DNA of 59,357 nt. It comes from an uncultured Ignavibacteriaceae bacterium (GTDB lineage: Bacteria; Zixibacteria; MSB-5A5; GN15; PGXB01). Location of the stretch: the NCBI GenBank assembly GCA_964569945.1, contig CAZMWI010000001.1, positions 23,565-82,921 of the forward strand, read 5' to 3'. How positions within the stretch are numbered: position 1 is the first letter of the stretch; each line of letters opens with the position of its first letter. Below are positions 39,801 to 47,481 of the stretch, piece after piece. Under the pieces are notes generated by a model that made no database searches, was not told the origin of the DNA, and worked only from the letters and a program-made list of their open reading frames with translations. Made by a program: the position numbers and the translations under genes.

Positions 39801-41382
39801 CTATTCGTTCTGTTTCACCGCCGACGATGGCTGCAATACCATTGAAAAATCATTTGACGTCGTACTTTATCCTTCGGCCCAGTGCTCCGTCTGCGTCGTG
39901 ACGTCGATTGAAACCGATTCCTGCTATATTGTCGGATCTCGCGTCCCGGTGCATATAACCGCTCAAAGTCGAGGCGAAATTGGCGGCTTCGATATACTTC
40001 TGGCTTTCGATAATTCGGTTATGAGTTTCGCCGGTGCCAACAAAGGCTCGGATATTTCCGGTTGGGAATACTTTACATATGCATCCGGCGCTGACGGTCC
40101 TTGTATAGGATGTCCCGCCGGACTACTTCGATTGGTTGGGATAGCTGATGTCAACAACGGTCCGAATCATCCGCCCGAAGATCAGTATATGGTTGATGGT
40201 GAGATCGCCAGGGTAATTATGCAGGTTTCTGCGGATCAAAATATTGGTGGTCAATACCTGCCGATATCGTACTTCTGGTACGATTGCGGCGACAATGGAT
40301 TTTCCGATCGCGACGGAAATGAATTTTACACGGATTTGAGAATATATAACAGCTCCGGTCACTTGAAATGGGACGAATACGACGAAATACACTTCCCGGA
40401 GACTAACCGCATATTCGGTACCGGAGTCCCTGATACGTGTTTGACCGGTGATAAGATTATTCCTTCAAGATGCATTGAATTTTATGACGGCGGCATCTGC
40501 GTCAAGAGCCCCGATGAGATAGACGATCGTGGTGATCTGAATCTCAACGGAATTGCCTATGAAATCGCGGACGCCGTGGTCTTTACCAACTACTTCATCT
40601 ATGGTTTTGCGGCCTTCACCGTCAATGTTGACGGCCAGATCGCAGCTTCCGACGTTAATGCCGACGGACGCGCCCTTTCGGTTGCCGACCTTGTGTACCT
40701 GATACGAGTGATTGTCGGCGACGCCAATCCGTTCCCGAAACCGGTGCCGTGCGGCGAAAGTGTTATGGTGCAGACCGACAATGAAGACAACGTCCTGTCG
40801 GTCAATCTCGACACCCGTTACGACCTCGGTGCGGGCCTGTTCGTGTTCGAATACGACGGGGTCAATCCCAATGTTCCCGAACTGATTGACGTTCCGGCCG
40901 GAATGGAAATGCAATATGATATAAAGCAGTCTGAGGTCAGGGTGCTCGTCTACAGCATGCAAAAAGGCGTTATGATCGACGCTGGAAACAGCACTTTACT
41001 TCGGGTTCCGTACATGGGCAGCGGATCTCTCAAACTCAAGGAGGCCGAATTCGCTACGTATGAAGGCCAGTCTATTGCGAGCAGTTTCGGCAAGACGCAG
41101 GTCCCGCAGGAGTTCGAGGTTTCCCAGAACTACCCGAACCCGTTCAACCCGATGACGCAGATTAATATGAATTTGCCGTCCTACGGAGCCTGGAAACTGA
41201 CCGTCATCAACATCGCCGGCCAGGTTGTTAAGAGTTTCGAGGGCGAATCCCCGGCAGGTATTGTGTCGGTGCAGTGGAACGGTAACAATGATGCCGGACA
41301 ACCCGTTGCTTCAGGCGTATATTTCTACCGCGCCGAATTCGCCGACCAAAAACAAACGAAGAAGATGATTATGCTAAAATAA
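33832..41382 (+). CDS. Giant (~2516 aa) secreted modular surface protein: ~23 Cys-rich Ig-like modules, a cohesin-like domain, a dockerin and a T9SS type-A sorting domain
   Basis: I prefer the ATG at 33832 because GGAGG lies 5-9 nt upstream and it gives the signal peptide MRLNRHLHSIALIFAISLFALPSLTLA. The ORF-track start at 33736 adds a sequence that does not resemble a signal peptide. The frame is continuously open, with repeated C...ICxPV...VCFTP..GxY...A.D.CG modules. Confidence 0.9.
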   Translation: MRLNRHLHSIALIFAISLFALPSLTLAETPPVGPIFEPIVTPDTILICSGGTIFDTVRVTDANLTQTITITKESGPGTFNSTPSVSPAEGYFEYTPETTGSFDVVYKAVTTDGSFVEVTKTYVVMENVPPQILSGDATFYKCWTGTVVLFPLEMYDPDSDSLTVNVLEGGAWYDYQRKGLAFYVQNAGVYCFKIEVADECSADTADICLTLEDNDPPYINGFTQKYYVCSGEEICFDVNAIDPENDSLVITQIQGPGTFTQIDNNTGRSCFYPDAADSADYVFVYESADSCRGAFADGKTAWPPGPQDTVIITVIQTQGLTLDCPNDTTINLCEPQTVCIPIGDVPSNATITLTPENVTFDDVNDAVCFDATTTESISIKFVAENSCGKDSCEFNVDVNMNSAPYVTFGDDFQVTQCTPEEICVPVDFGDADGNATITQILPDGAYYNEQDNTVCFTPTESGDYTVSMTVTDDCQISASDEIVVTIDLGHAPVVISSPDSSVFLCDPVQVCFPVSVTDLDNNIAKIDVIGAGTYSNGYVCFAANLPGIYQFFIKATDACGATDIDSTTITVTLNRPPSITAPEDYTVFQCQYEEICFDVGFSDPDNNIKMASVSAGTYDANAGTVCFTPTHDGDYAFDLVVTDSCYETASKTVTVTVQSGDTAAITCPDGEIYKNLCGAGTICYDLPIMPSNATVTVDGSGAEYVDGQICFDVTESGTYVVDVTAESDCGTDQCQLTFVVDVGTPPGVVCPDDQTVSICEPGLVCLPLTVEPAGAQVTVTPSGYYENGQICFTADQSGDYQFNVTATTDCGEASCSFTATVNINSAPEITTTGGEFFDCNPGQEHTVTIAASDADNDDITYSLLSGDGTLDPVSGQLTFTPQIAGEYCFTIEAADQCGADTAEVCYTIGLNSLPTVSAPADTSVIACSVSEICIPVEVADVDDNISSIDVSAGIYNNGEICFSPPGSGIYDITITVTDDCGEQATSTTVVTVDVSEVMNLECPGNDIAFICEPDTFCYPIGGIPTGATVTVSPSSAWFDYETSSVCFYTNCTVVKNLKVVVQGECSTDSCMFTSMVGLNRAPLVISAPDTTVRLCLPQEICVSVGVMDFDGNGDTVVVSDGAAYNSITGKVCFTPTESGVYPIITRAIDQCGLYDDDTTIVTVIMNEPPVVNAGDDFSVFQCDFEQVCFPVDITDDNNAITSVTVSSGGHYDEQTGEVCFTPDHEGVYTITITAYDACGEVASDAINVTVTKNAPPVVVSAPDSSLLVCALQEICFAVDVSDINGNIDTVTVNNGGVYADGLVCFTPATAGTYYMIITATDECGAVDKDTTKIVVKLNSAPEIQSAADFEEFQCDFDQICFAVSASDMDGNLASITTDVGIYDSQSGLICFTPDSAGVYIITATATDECGLMATSTTTVTVTTGPSASITCPTEPFDRFICQEQEVCVPLEITPPDAEVTVSQGTFADGQLCLTVSEQKVYTVRVIADAVCGSDTCFVDINVTLGAPAQLTCPADTSVFLCEPSQICRTVGVMPPEASVTVSPIGTYENGTVCFDADTAGHYEITVSADMECGSDECTFAVDVAFNSAPTVDAGQDNSYFQCTFEEICQPVTIADIDDNIEQVLVSPTGYYNSETGNVCFTPEDVGEYCLEIKAIDECGLSATDTICIEVTTGDTALIDCPAQPYEVHLCEPGDICIPFNFTPETAVISVSMGTYSNGQICFNAQAEGEYNIRAIAAGTCASDTCDITVNVVFDDYAEITCPTLPISSTLCGPDSVYVPLFINPPGVQVVITPDAVYNGTNHTLAFKANESGTFNFKVIATAPCSADTCNIQVNVLINSIPELTCPGDIDTLVCLQDVDEICFPVTATGSGLTFKILPEGTYSGGQVCVPITQGGSFDFKIIATNTCGADTCNMNINVAANQAPDFTVPEEVLIPWCEDDQGTICVDGIFASDPENDDITITQTCGLGLLDLIRPDSGQLCFDPTTFDTTYSFCFTADDGCNTIEKSFDVVLYPSAQCSVCVVTSIETDSCYIVGSRVPVHITAQSRGEIGGFDILLAFDNSVMSFAGANKGSDISGWEYFTYASGADGPCIGCPAGLLRLVGIADVNNGPNHPPEDQYMVDGEIARVIMQVSADQNIGGQYLPISYFWYDCGDNGFSDRDGNEFYTDLRIYNSSGHLKWDEYDEIHFPETNRIFGTGVPDTCLTGDKIIPSRCIEFYDGGICVKSPDEIDDRGDLNLNGIAYEIADAVVFTNYFIYGFAAFTVNVDGQIAASDVNADGRALSVADLVYLIRVIVGDANPFPKPVPCGESVMVQTDNEDNVLSVNLDTRYDLGAGLFVFEYDGVNPNVPELIDVPAGMEMQYDIKQSEVRVLVYSMQKGVMIDAGNSTLLRVPYMGSGSLKLKEAEFATYEGQSIASSFGKTQVPQEFEVSQNYPNPFNPMTQINMNLPSYGAWKLTVINIAGQVVKSFEGESPAGIVSVQWNGNNDAGQPVASGVYFYRAEFADQKQTKKMIMLK
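33913..39870 (+). repeat. Array of about 23 tandem, divergent protein modules of ~80-100 aa (protein-level repeats, not identical DNA repeats)
   Basis: The signature (V/I)CF(T/D)P..(S/A)G.Y recurs about 23 times, for example VCFTPTESGDYTV, VCFTPTHDGDYAF, ICFTADQSGDYQF, VCFTPDHEGVYTI and ICFTPDSAGVYII. Two module flavours are interspersed: one with D.D.NI, one with P..A.VTVSP.G.Y.NG. Confidence 0.8.
39883..40350 (+). other. Cohesin-like beta-sandwich module
   Basis: The segment VGSRVPVHITAQSRGEIGGFDILLAFDNSVMSFAGANKGSDISGWEYFTY...LLRLVGIADVNNG...IARVIMQVSADQ matches the ...V.V.V.....I.GFD.L..YD.S.(L/M).F....G... pattern of cohesin domains. This is by-eye recognition only. Confidence 0.5.
40531..40725 (+). 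other. Dockerin module (two Ca-binding repeats)
   Basis: GDLNLNGIAYEIADAVVFTNYFIYG is followed by a linker and then SDVNADGRALSVADLVYLIRVIVGD. Confidence 0.75.
41104..41379 (+). other. T9SS type-A C-terminal sorting domain
   Basis: The sequence is FEVSQNYPNPFNPMTQINMNLP...VSVQWNGNNDAGQPVASGVYFYRAEFADQKQTKKMIMLK. Confidence 0.8.
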
Positions 41383-41418
41383 AATAGTGGTAGTCCTGCA
41401 GACTTACACTATCATTCC

Positions 41419-41449
41419 AAAAACCGACCGATTTTCGGCCGGTTTTTTT
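41419..41449. terminator. Bidirectional intrinsic terminator between the giant gene and convergent rlmH
   Basis: A-run, then stem ACCGACCG (41422-41429) pairing with CGGCCGGT (41435-41442) with one mismatch, loop ATTTT, then T7 (41443-41449). Confidence 0.7.
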
Positions 41450-41915
41450 ATTTGTGGTATTTGCCCCCGGATAATATGGATAGCGCCCGATACAGCTGTT
41501 CGAGCAGTACCGGCCTGATAAGCTGATGCGACATGGTCATGGGGGAGAGGGACAGACGATCATCGCACCGGCTCATGAAATTTTTATCGAGCCCGTACGC
41601 CCCTCCGATGATAAAAGTACATTGGCCGTGTCGCTGCATTATTTTCTGAAGATAGGCCGCAAAAGACTCTGAATTGAATTTACGACCGCCGTCGTGCAGA
41701 GCAATTGTGTATCCAGGATCGAGTTTCCTGGAGATGAAACCGGCCTCGATTTTCATCACTTCGGTTTCGGGAACTGACGCGGACTTCTTTCTTTCGGACG
41801 TATAGATCATTTCCACTCGGCAGTACTTCTTTAAAAAAGTGAGATAATGATCAACAGACCGCTCCACCCAGTCCTCTTTGTTTTTTCCCACGGCTATAAT
41901 GCGAATCCTGAACAT
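41448..41915 (-). CDS. rlmH: 23S rRNA (pseudouridine1915-N3)-methyltransferase
   Basis: A 155-aa SPOUT-fold protein with IRIIAVGK and IIGGAYGL...SLSPMTMSHQL motifs. Confidence 0.9.
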   Translation of the reverse strand: MFRIRIIAVGKNKEDWVERSVDHYLTFLKKYCRVEMIYTSERKKSASVPETEVMKIEAGFISRKLDPGYTIALHDGGRKFNSESFAAYLQKIMQRHGQCTFIIGGAYGLDKNFMSRCDDRLSLSPMTMSHQLIRPVLLEQLYRALSILSGGKYHK

Positions 41916-42313
41916 CAGCCGGAAATAGCTTTTAAAATGACTTTGCGCTGACGGGGGCCATCGAATTCACAGAAATAGATTCCCTGCCAGGTTCCCAGCG
42001 CCAGATTACCGCGATCGACCACGATTTGCACCGACGATCCCATTAGCGAGGCTTTGATGTGCGCGTCAGAATTGCCTTCACCGTGATGATAACCGTCCTG
42101 TCTCGGTATTTCTCGGCGGAGTTTGTCGAGAATGTCTCGGGTCACATCAGGATCGGCGTTTTCGTTAATCGTTACGCCCGCGGTCGTGTGCGGAACATAG
42201 ACTATAACCAGGCCGTCATTGACGGAGTTGTCCGAGACGAACTTCCGAACAATATATGTAATGTCGACGAATTCCTCGCGGGACGACGTTTTAACCCCAA
42301 TGGTCTCAAGCAT
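41915..42313 (-). CDS. YjbQ/UPF0047-family protein (secondary thiamine-phosphate synthase family)
   Basis: Contains HTTAGVTINENADPDV and GNSDAHIKASLMGSS motifs. I prefer the start at MLETIGV (ATG 42313), which overlaps the ftsY stop by 8 nt. The stop overlaps the rlmH ATG (TGATG). Confidence 0.85.
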   Translation of the reverse strand: MLETIGVKTSSREEFVDITYIVRKFVSDNSVNDGLVIVYVPHTTAGVTINENADPDVTRDILDKLRREIPRQDGYHHGEGNSDAHIKASLMGSSVQIVVDRGNLALGTWQGIYFCEFDGPRQRKVILKAISG

Positions 42314-43223
42314 TGAACAGTGCCTCTGCGTAAGCCGAAGCATCGAATTTCTGAATATCGTCGATGCCTTCGCCGATGCCGACAAATTCCACCGGGACCG
42401 CCAGTTCTTTGGCTATCGCGACCATCACGCCGCCTTTGGCGGTGCCGTCGAGTTTGGAAATGATGAGGCCGTCACACCCGACAGCTTCACGAAAAACCTT
42501 GACCTGTGACAGAGCATTTTGCCCGGTGTTGCCGTCGATGACCAGAATAGATTTGATCTGCTCCGATGGTACGACCTTTTCCGCAACGCGCCGAATTTTT
42601 TTGAGCTCTTCCATAAGGTTGGATTTTGTGTGTAAACGTCCGGCCGTATCGACCAGAAGAATGTCCATGTTTTTGGTTTTGGCCGACGTGGCGGCATCGA
42701 AAGCTATCGAAGCCGGATCGGCCCCGGTGTGAGCGCGGATGATATCGACCCCCGAACGCTGGGACCAGATTTCCAGCTGCTCGACAGCGGCGGCGCGGAA
42801 AGTATCGCAGGCGGCAATCATAACCTTCTTACCGTCCTTGCGAAAATAATTAGCCAGTTTACCGACCGTGGTCGTCTTGCCGCTGCCGTTGACTCCGGTG
42901 ATCAGCCAGACCACAGGTTGTGCACTACTATCCGGAGCTATTTCCTGTTTATTATAAGAAAGGATTTCGGAAATATCCTTTTGAAGCAGTGCAATAACGT
43001 CATCGCTTTCGGTCACTTTTTCGCGACCGGCCGATTCCCGCAGCTTTTCTATAATACTCTCCGTCGCGGCCAAACCGATGTCAGACTTCAAAAGGACCTC
43101 TTCGAGATCGTCTAGCAGTTCGTCGTCGAGCCGTCGGCCGGTTACGACCGAGGCAATCTTGCCGAACAGGTTATCTCGCGTTTTGGAGAGCGAGTCTTTA
43201 AGTTTTTTCAGTTTTGAAAGCAT
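42306..43223 (-). CDS. ftsY: Signal recognition particle receptor FtsY
   Basis: The NG domain carries GVNGSGKTTTVGKLA, DTAGRLH and the GIGEGIDD motif. 305 aa. Confidence 0.95.
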   Translation of the reverse strand: MLSKLKKLKDSLSKTRDNLFGKIASVVTGRRLDDELLDDLEEVLLKSDIGLAATESIIEKLRESAGREKVTESDDVIALLQKDISEILSYNKQEIAPDSSAQPVVWLITGVNGSGKTTTVGKLANYFRKDGKKVMIAACDTFRAAAVEQLEIWSQRSGVDIIRAHTGADPASIAFDAATSAKTKNMDILLVDTAGRLHTKSNLMEELKKIRRVAEKVVPSEQIKSILVIDGNTGQNALSQVKVFREAVGCDGLIISKLDGTAKGGVMVAIAKELAVPVEFVGIGEGIDDIQKFDASAYAEALFNA

Positions 43224-43231
43224 GGATTGTA

Positions 43232-46200
43232 CTATTCTGATTCCACGTTGCTGGGTTCATCGATTTTAATCTGCGGTTCCATGCGCTGGCGGACGGCTTC
43301 GGGAATATCGACGTCTTCTTCGTAGTCACTGTGGGCCATAGACGTGTCGATCAGATCGCCGTTTTGCGGTTCCTCCTGGAAACGGACCGAAACAACCTTG
43401 GAGATTCCAGGCTGTTCCATCGTTATACCGTACATGTTGTCCGATGCTTCCATCGTGATCTTGTTGTGAGTGATGATGATAAACTGGGTCTGATCCGAGA
43501 ACGTCTTGATCAGTTTCAGAAAGCGATGGATGTTGGCGTCGTCGAGCGGAGCATCGATTTCATCGAGAATGCAGAATGGCGACGGCTTTACCAGATAGAT
43601 CGCGAAAAGCAGCGAAATAGCCGTCAGGGCCCGTTCACCTCCGGACATTTGCGTAATCGATAACAACTTTTTGCCGCGAGGCCGCGCGATGATTTCAATC
43701 GGTGATTCGAGGGGATCGTCCTCGTTAACCAGGCGTATATCCGACTGCCCGCCGGTGAACAGCTCTTCGAAAACCTTCTGGAAGTTTTCACGGACCTGTT
43801 CGAAGGTCTCCATGAAGAGCCTTTTCGCGGTCGTGTTGATTTTGGTGATGGTGGATTGCAGCGTGTTCTTGGCGTTGAGCAGGTCGTCGATCTGGCCACT
43901 CAGGAATTCCTGACGTTCCTGTGCGGTACGGAATTCTTCGAGGGCGAGAAGATTGACGGCTCCCATCGCTTTCATCTTTTCCTTAAGGTCCTGCATGTGC
44001 GAGCGACGTTCTTCCGCCGGTATCGCATCGCTGGGGAGACTGACCTCGACTTCCCTGATGTCCAGCTCGTACTCCTCCGTTATTTTTTGCACGATGTTTC
44101 TGGTTTCCGAATCGATTTCGGTCAGCCTCAGCTCGATGTCGTGCAGGTCGCGGGAGGAGTCCTCGCGCTGGACACGGCTGGACTTGATTTCCTTTTCTCT
44201 CTGAGACAGAACTTCCTGCAGTTCGGCATGACTGCCGCGAAGTTGAACCTGTTTTTCGTTGAGGCCGGTACGCTCTTCGAATATTTCTTTCAACTGGGCT
44301 TCAAGCACGACCATGTTTTCTTTGGATCGGTTGATCTCGACTTCGGCCGCGACATTCTCTTCAGTCTTGGTTGTCGTATTACGGTCGATTTCGTATATCA
44401 GTTCGCGAGTGTGGCGCGTCTGGCTTTCCACCTGCTCTTTTTTGCTTTTTAATTCGACCTGTTCGATCTGTTTTTTGGAAACATCATCGGCGGCCGTTTC
44501 GGATTCATTTTCGAGTTCGGCGATAATCGTCTGCTGCTGCTCCAGTTTTTGGATCAGTTCTTCTTTTTCGTGTAATTGCTGATCGTGGCTGAGGTTCAGG
44601 GAGTACTGACGAGTTTTGATCGCTTCAAGCTTCTCCGATGCCAGCCGGTTTTCGTTTTCAATACGGCTGATGTCATTAGTGCAGGTTTGAAGTTCGAAGT
44701 CGTTGGTGGACCTGTTACTGTTGGCCTCGGCAAGTTCCTCGACCAAAGATTCCAGCTGCTCGTTAATTTCGGAACGCTCCGATTGAAGAGACCCCAGCTT
44801 TGCCGTCAGCTGGTTTTTCTGAATGCGAATCTGCTCCAATTCGGATTTCAGGCGCACTATTTCCTGTGCCTGTTGATCGACCTTTTCTTTACGACCGAAT
44901 AAAGAGATGCCCTCGGTCGAACCGCCGGAGACGATGGCCTGGCTTCGGTACAGGCGGCCATCGGTGCCGACGACTTCGAAATAGGAGGGAAGACGGTCGG
45001 CCATGGCGGCCGCGGCTTCGGGTTTGGCCAGAGCTACTCGCGAAAGCAGGAGAGACACGAGCGGACGTGCCGTGTCGTCGGTTTCGACGAAATCATCGGC
45101 CCATCCCAAAAATCCTTCTTCGTTCATTTCCGGCCGCGAGACATCAGTATTGTTTTGGGCCGTATTGAGAATGATAAACCCCGCCTTGCCCTTGTTTTCG
45201 GAGCGAAGGTATTCTATCGCTTCGTTGGCGGTATTCCTGTCTTTACAAATGATGAATCCTGCAATCTCACCCAGGGCTGCCTCGATAGCTTTATCATATC
45301 CCTCACGCGGCTTGAAATTGTCGGCTACCGTACCGACTATACCCGGCCAGCGTTCGGTGTTTTCGAGGACCGACACCGCGCCACCGCTATAACCTTCATA
45401 ATGCGTGATCATTTCGCTTAGAAGCTGACGGCGCGCCTCGGTGGCTTCGATCGAAGCGGACAGGTTGTACGATCTATCCGAAACCTCTTCGATTTGCTCG
45501 TTGCACGATGCAATTTGTCGGTCAAGCTCGAACTTCTTATTATTAAAGGCTCTATGGCTTTCGTCAAGGCGACTGATGTTGCCGCGAAATACATTCTGCT
45601 TGGCCTGTAAGTCCTGACGGCGGGCGTTAAGAGCATCAAGATTCGCAGAGTATTCCGAGAGTTTGGCGGTGAGTTCTGAATCCTGGTATCGTCACTTTTA
45701 CCCGCGGAGAGCAAACCCTCAAGTTCCAACAGGCGACGGTTCAGTCGTTCGTGCTCTTTTCTGGCGGCAAGGACCTTTTCATCGATTTCGGCCAGGACGG
45801 TCTCGCTGGCATTTATTTCACCCTGCGAACCTTCAAGCAGTCCCTCGAATTTTCGCAGTTCCTCATCGAGCCCGCCAATTTGTTCTTCGAGCAGTTCTTT
45901 GCGTTTCGCGAAGGCATCGAGGTCAAGCAGGTTCTTTTCGAGCAGCCGTTTGGCGTTTTCTTTCTTCTCCTGCGTCAACGATATTTCCGTCTCTATCCTG
46001 TGCGCCGCTTCGGTCTTTTCATAAATACCGTTGGAAATTTCCGTCAGACTGCGGTCGAGATCTATAAGCTTGTTGCGGTCTTCTTCCTGTATCGAAGACA
46101 GTTTGTCAATTTCGGTGTCGAATTTTGTCTTGGCATCGAGAAGGGTGTCACGACTGGTCTGAAGTTCGCGTCGTTCGTTCTTGAGATTGTCGACGGCAGT

Positions 46201-46893
46201 GCGGTTGATGTACAACTCCCAGCCGCGAAGCTCGGTCGAAAGCTCCTGATAGCGCTCGGCTTTCTTCATCTGTCTGCGCAGCGAATTAACCTGCGTGGTG
46301 ACTTCGGATACGATATCCTGCAGACGAAGCAGATCCTGCTCGGTCGATTCGAGTTTTCTCAGTGCCGCTTTTTTGCGGCTTTTATATTTAGATATGCCGG
46401 CGGCTTCTTCGAACAGGAAGCGGCGGTCATCGGTACGATCCGACAGTATGGCATCGACCATGTCCTGCTGGATCATCGAATATATATGTGCCCCGATACC
46501 GGTATCCATCAGAAGCTCGGTGATGTCTTTCAGGCGACAGGGGACTTTGTTCAGAAGATATTCTGATTCGCCCGATCGGAACAGCCGTCGGGTGATCTGG
46601 ACTTCGCCGTACTCGGTCGGCAGAATCCCACGGTTGTTTTGTATGACCAGCGTAATCTCGGCCATCCCGAGCGGTTTCAGGTCGCGTGTGCCGTTGAATA
46701 TGATCTCTTCCATTTTCGTGCCACGCAACAGCGATACCCGCTGTTCACCCAGCACCCAGCGTATGGCATCGAGTATGTTGCTTTTGCCGCATCCGTTCGG
46801 CCCGACCACGGCCGTCACGCCCGGAGTCAGTTTGATAACCGTCTTTTCGGGAAAAGATTTAAAACCGAGCAATTCCAGTCTTTTTAAATACAC
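43232..46893 (-). pseudogene. smc: Chromosome segregation protein SMC, interrupted by a reading-frame change near 45670-45691 (frameshift mutation or assembly error)
   Basis: The N-terminal head (GPNGCGKSN) and coiled coil read in one frame down to ...LEGLLSAGKSD. A plausible coiled coil (RYQDSELTAKLSEYSANLDALNARRQDLQAKQ...), the hinge and the C-terminal head (LSGGERALTA, ILDEIDAPLD) continue in the -1 frame, which is open from 45691 to 43232. The original frame degenerates into an Arg/Ser/Thr/Pro-rich tail and stops at 45418. Confidence 0.85.
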
Positions 46894-46914
46894 ATTACCT
46901 CCGATGTATTTATC

Positions 46915-47481
46915 TTATCCGGCCTCAATCGCAGCCGGATTCTTGATTCTATCAATGGTAGTAATAATCGATTTGTATATGTTCTTTTCATCCCGGATAT
47001 AACGGGATTTGATCTCAAGGTTATAATAAGGCGTTCCCAGATGATTGCCCCGGCCGATTTTCAATGCTTTACCGAAAGAAAGCAAAATTGCCTGGGAGAA
47101 ATAGTTGACGCCCAGATTCAGGTCGATTATGACATCAAAATCCGTTTCTTCAAGCGTCTTAATATAACTTCGTTTGGGAAGACCGGACCAGTCCAGATGT
47201 TGCGAGGTCGGGGTCATGATCCGATATCCCTTGCGCGGGAAAATATTGTAAACGGTCGAGCCCGGTGACGCCAGGATGTATATTTCCGACCCGGAAAAAA
47301 CGCGCGTGATATCGGGCAGCAGGCCTTTAATCAAGGTCAGTTCGCGCTGACCGGGGGGGAGCAGCACCAGAACGTGGCGGGCGTTGACTATATCATCAGG
47401 AATTGTGATTGCCCCCTGCTCCTGCCGTTTGCACAGGACGGTCAATCTGAAGCGGGCCAGTATTTTTTTAAGGCGTTTCAC
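46915..47481 (-). CDS. Hypothetical protein (188 aa)
   Basis: The ORF fills the gap between the rodZ-like gene and smc, with an overlapping upstream stop (operon-like). I recognise no motif. Confidence 0.55.
   Translation of the reverse strand: MKRLKKILARFRLTVLCKRQEQGAITIPDDIVNARHVLVLLPPGQRELTLIKGLLPDITRVFSGSEIYILASPGSTVYNIFPRKGYRIMTPTSQHLDWSGLPKRSYIKTLEETDFDVIIDLNLGVNYFSQAILLSFGKALKIGRGNHLGTPYYNLEIKSRYIRDEKNIYKSIITTIDRIKNPAAIEAG

Noticed and set aside
33913-39870. A CRISPR-like or tandem DNA repeat array inside the giant gene
   Set aside because: The periodicity is at the protein-module level (~250-300 nt) and the DNA is diverged. There are no short identical direct repeats with unique spacers, and no cas genes in the window.
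45660-45700. Programmed -1 ribosomal frameshifting in smc
   Set aside because: There is no X-XXY-YYZ slippery heptamer in the permissible interval. The only A-run lies upstream of two stops (TAA, TGA) in the target frame. An indel is the simpler explanation.
45751-46566. Plus-strand ORFs of 271 and 235 aa opposite smc
   Set aside because: These are antisense to the smc coiled-coil region, where Glu/Leu/Lys-rich codons give open antisense frames. Their sequences are Phe/Leu/Gln-rich and low in complexity.
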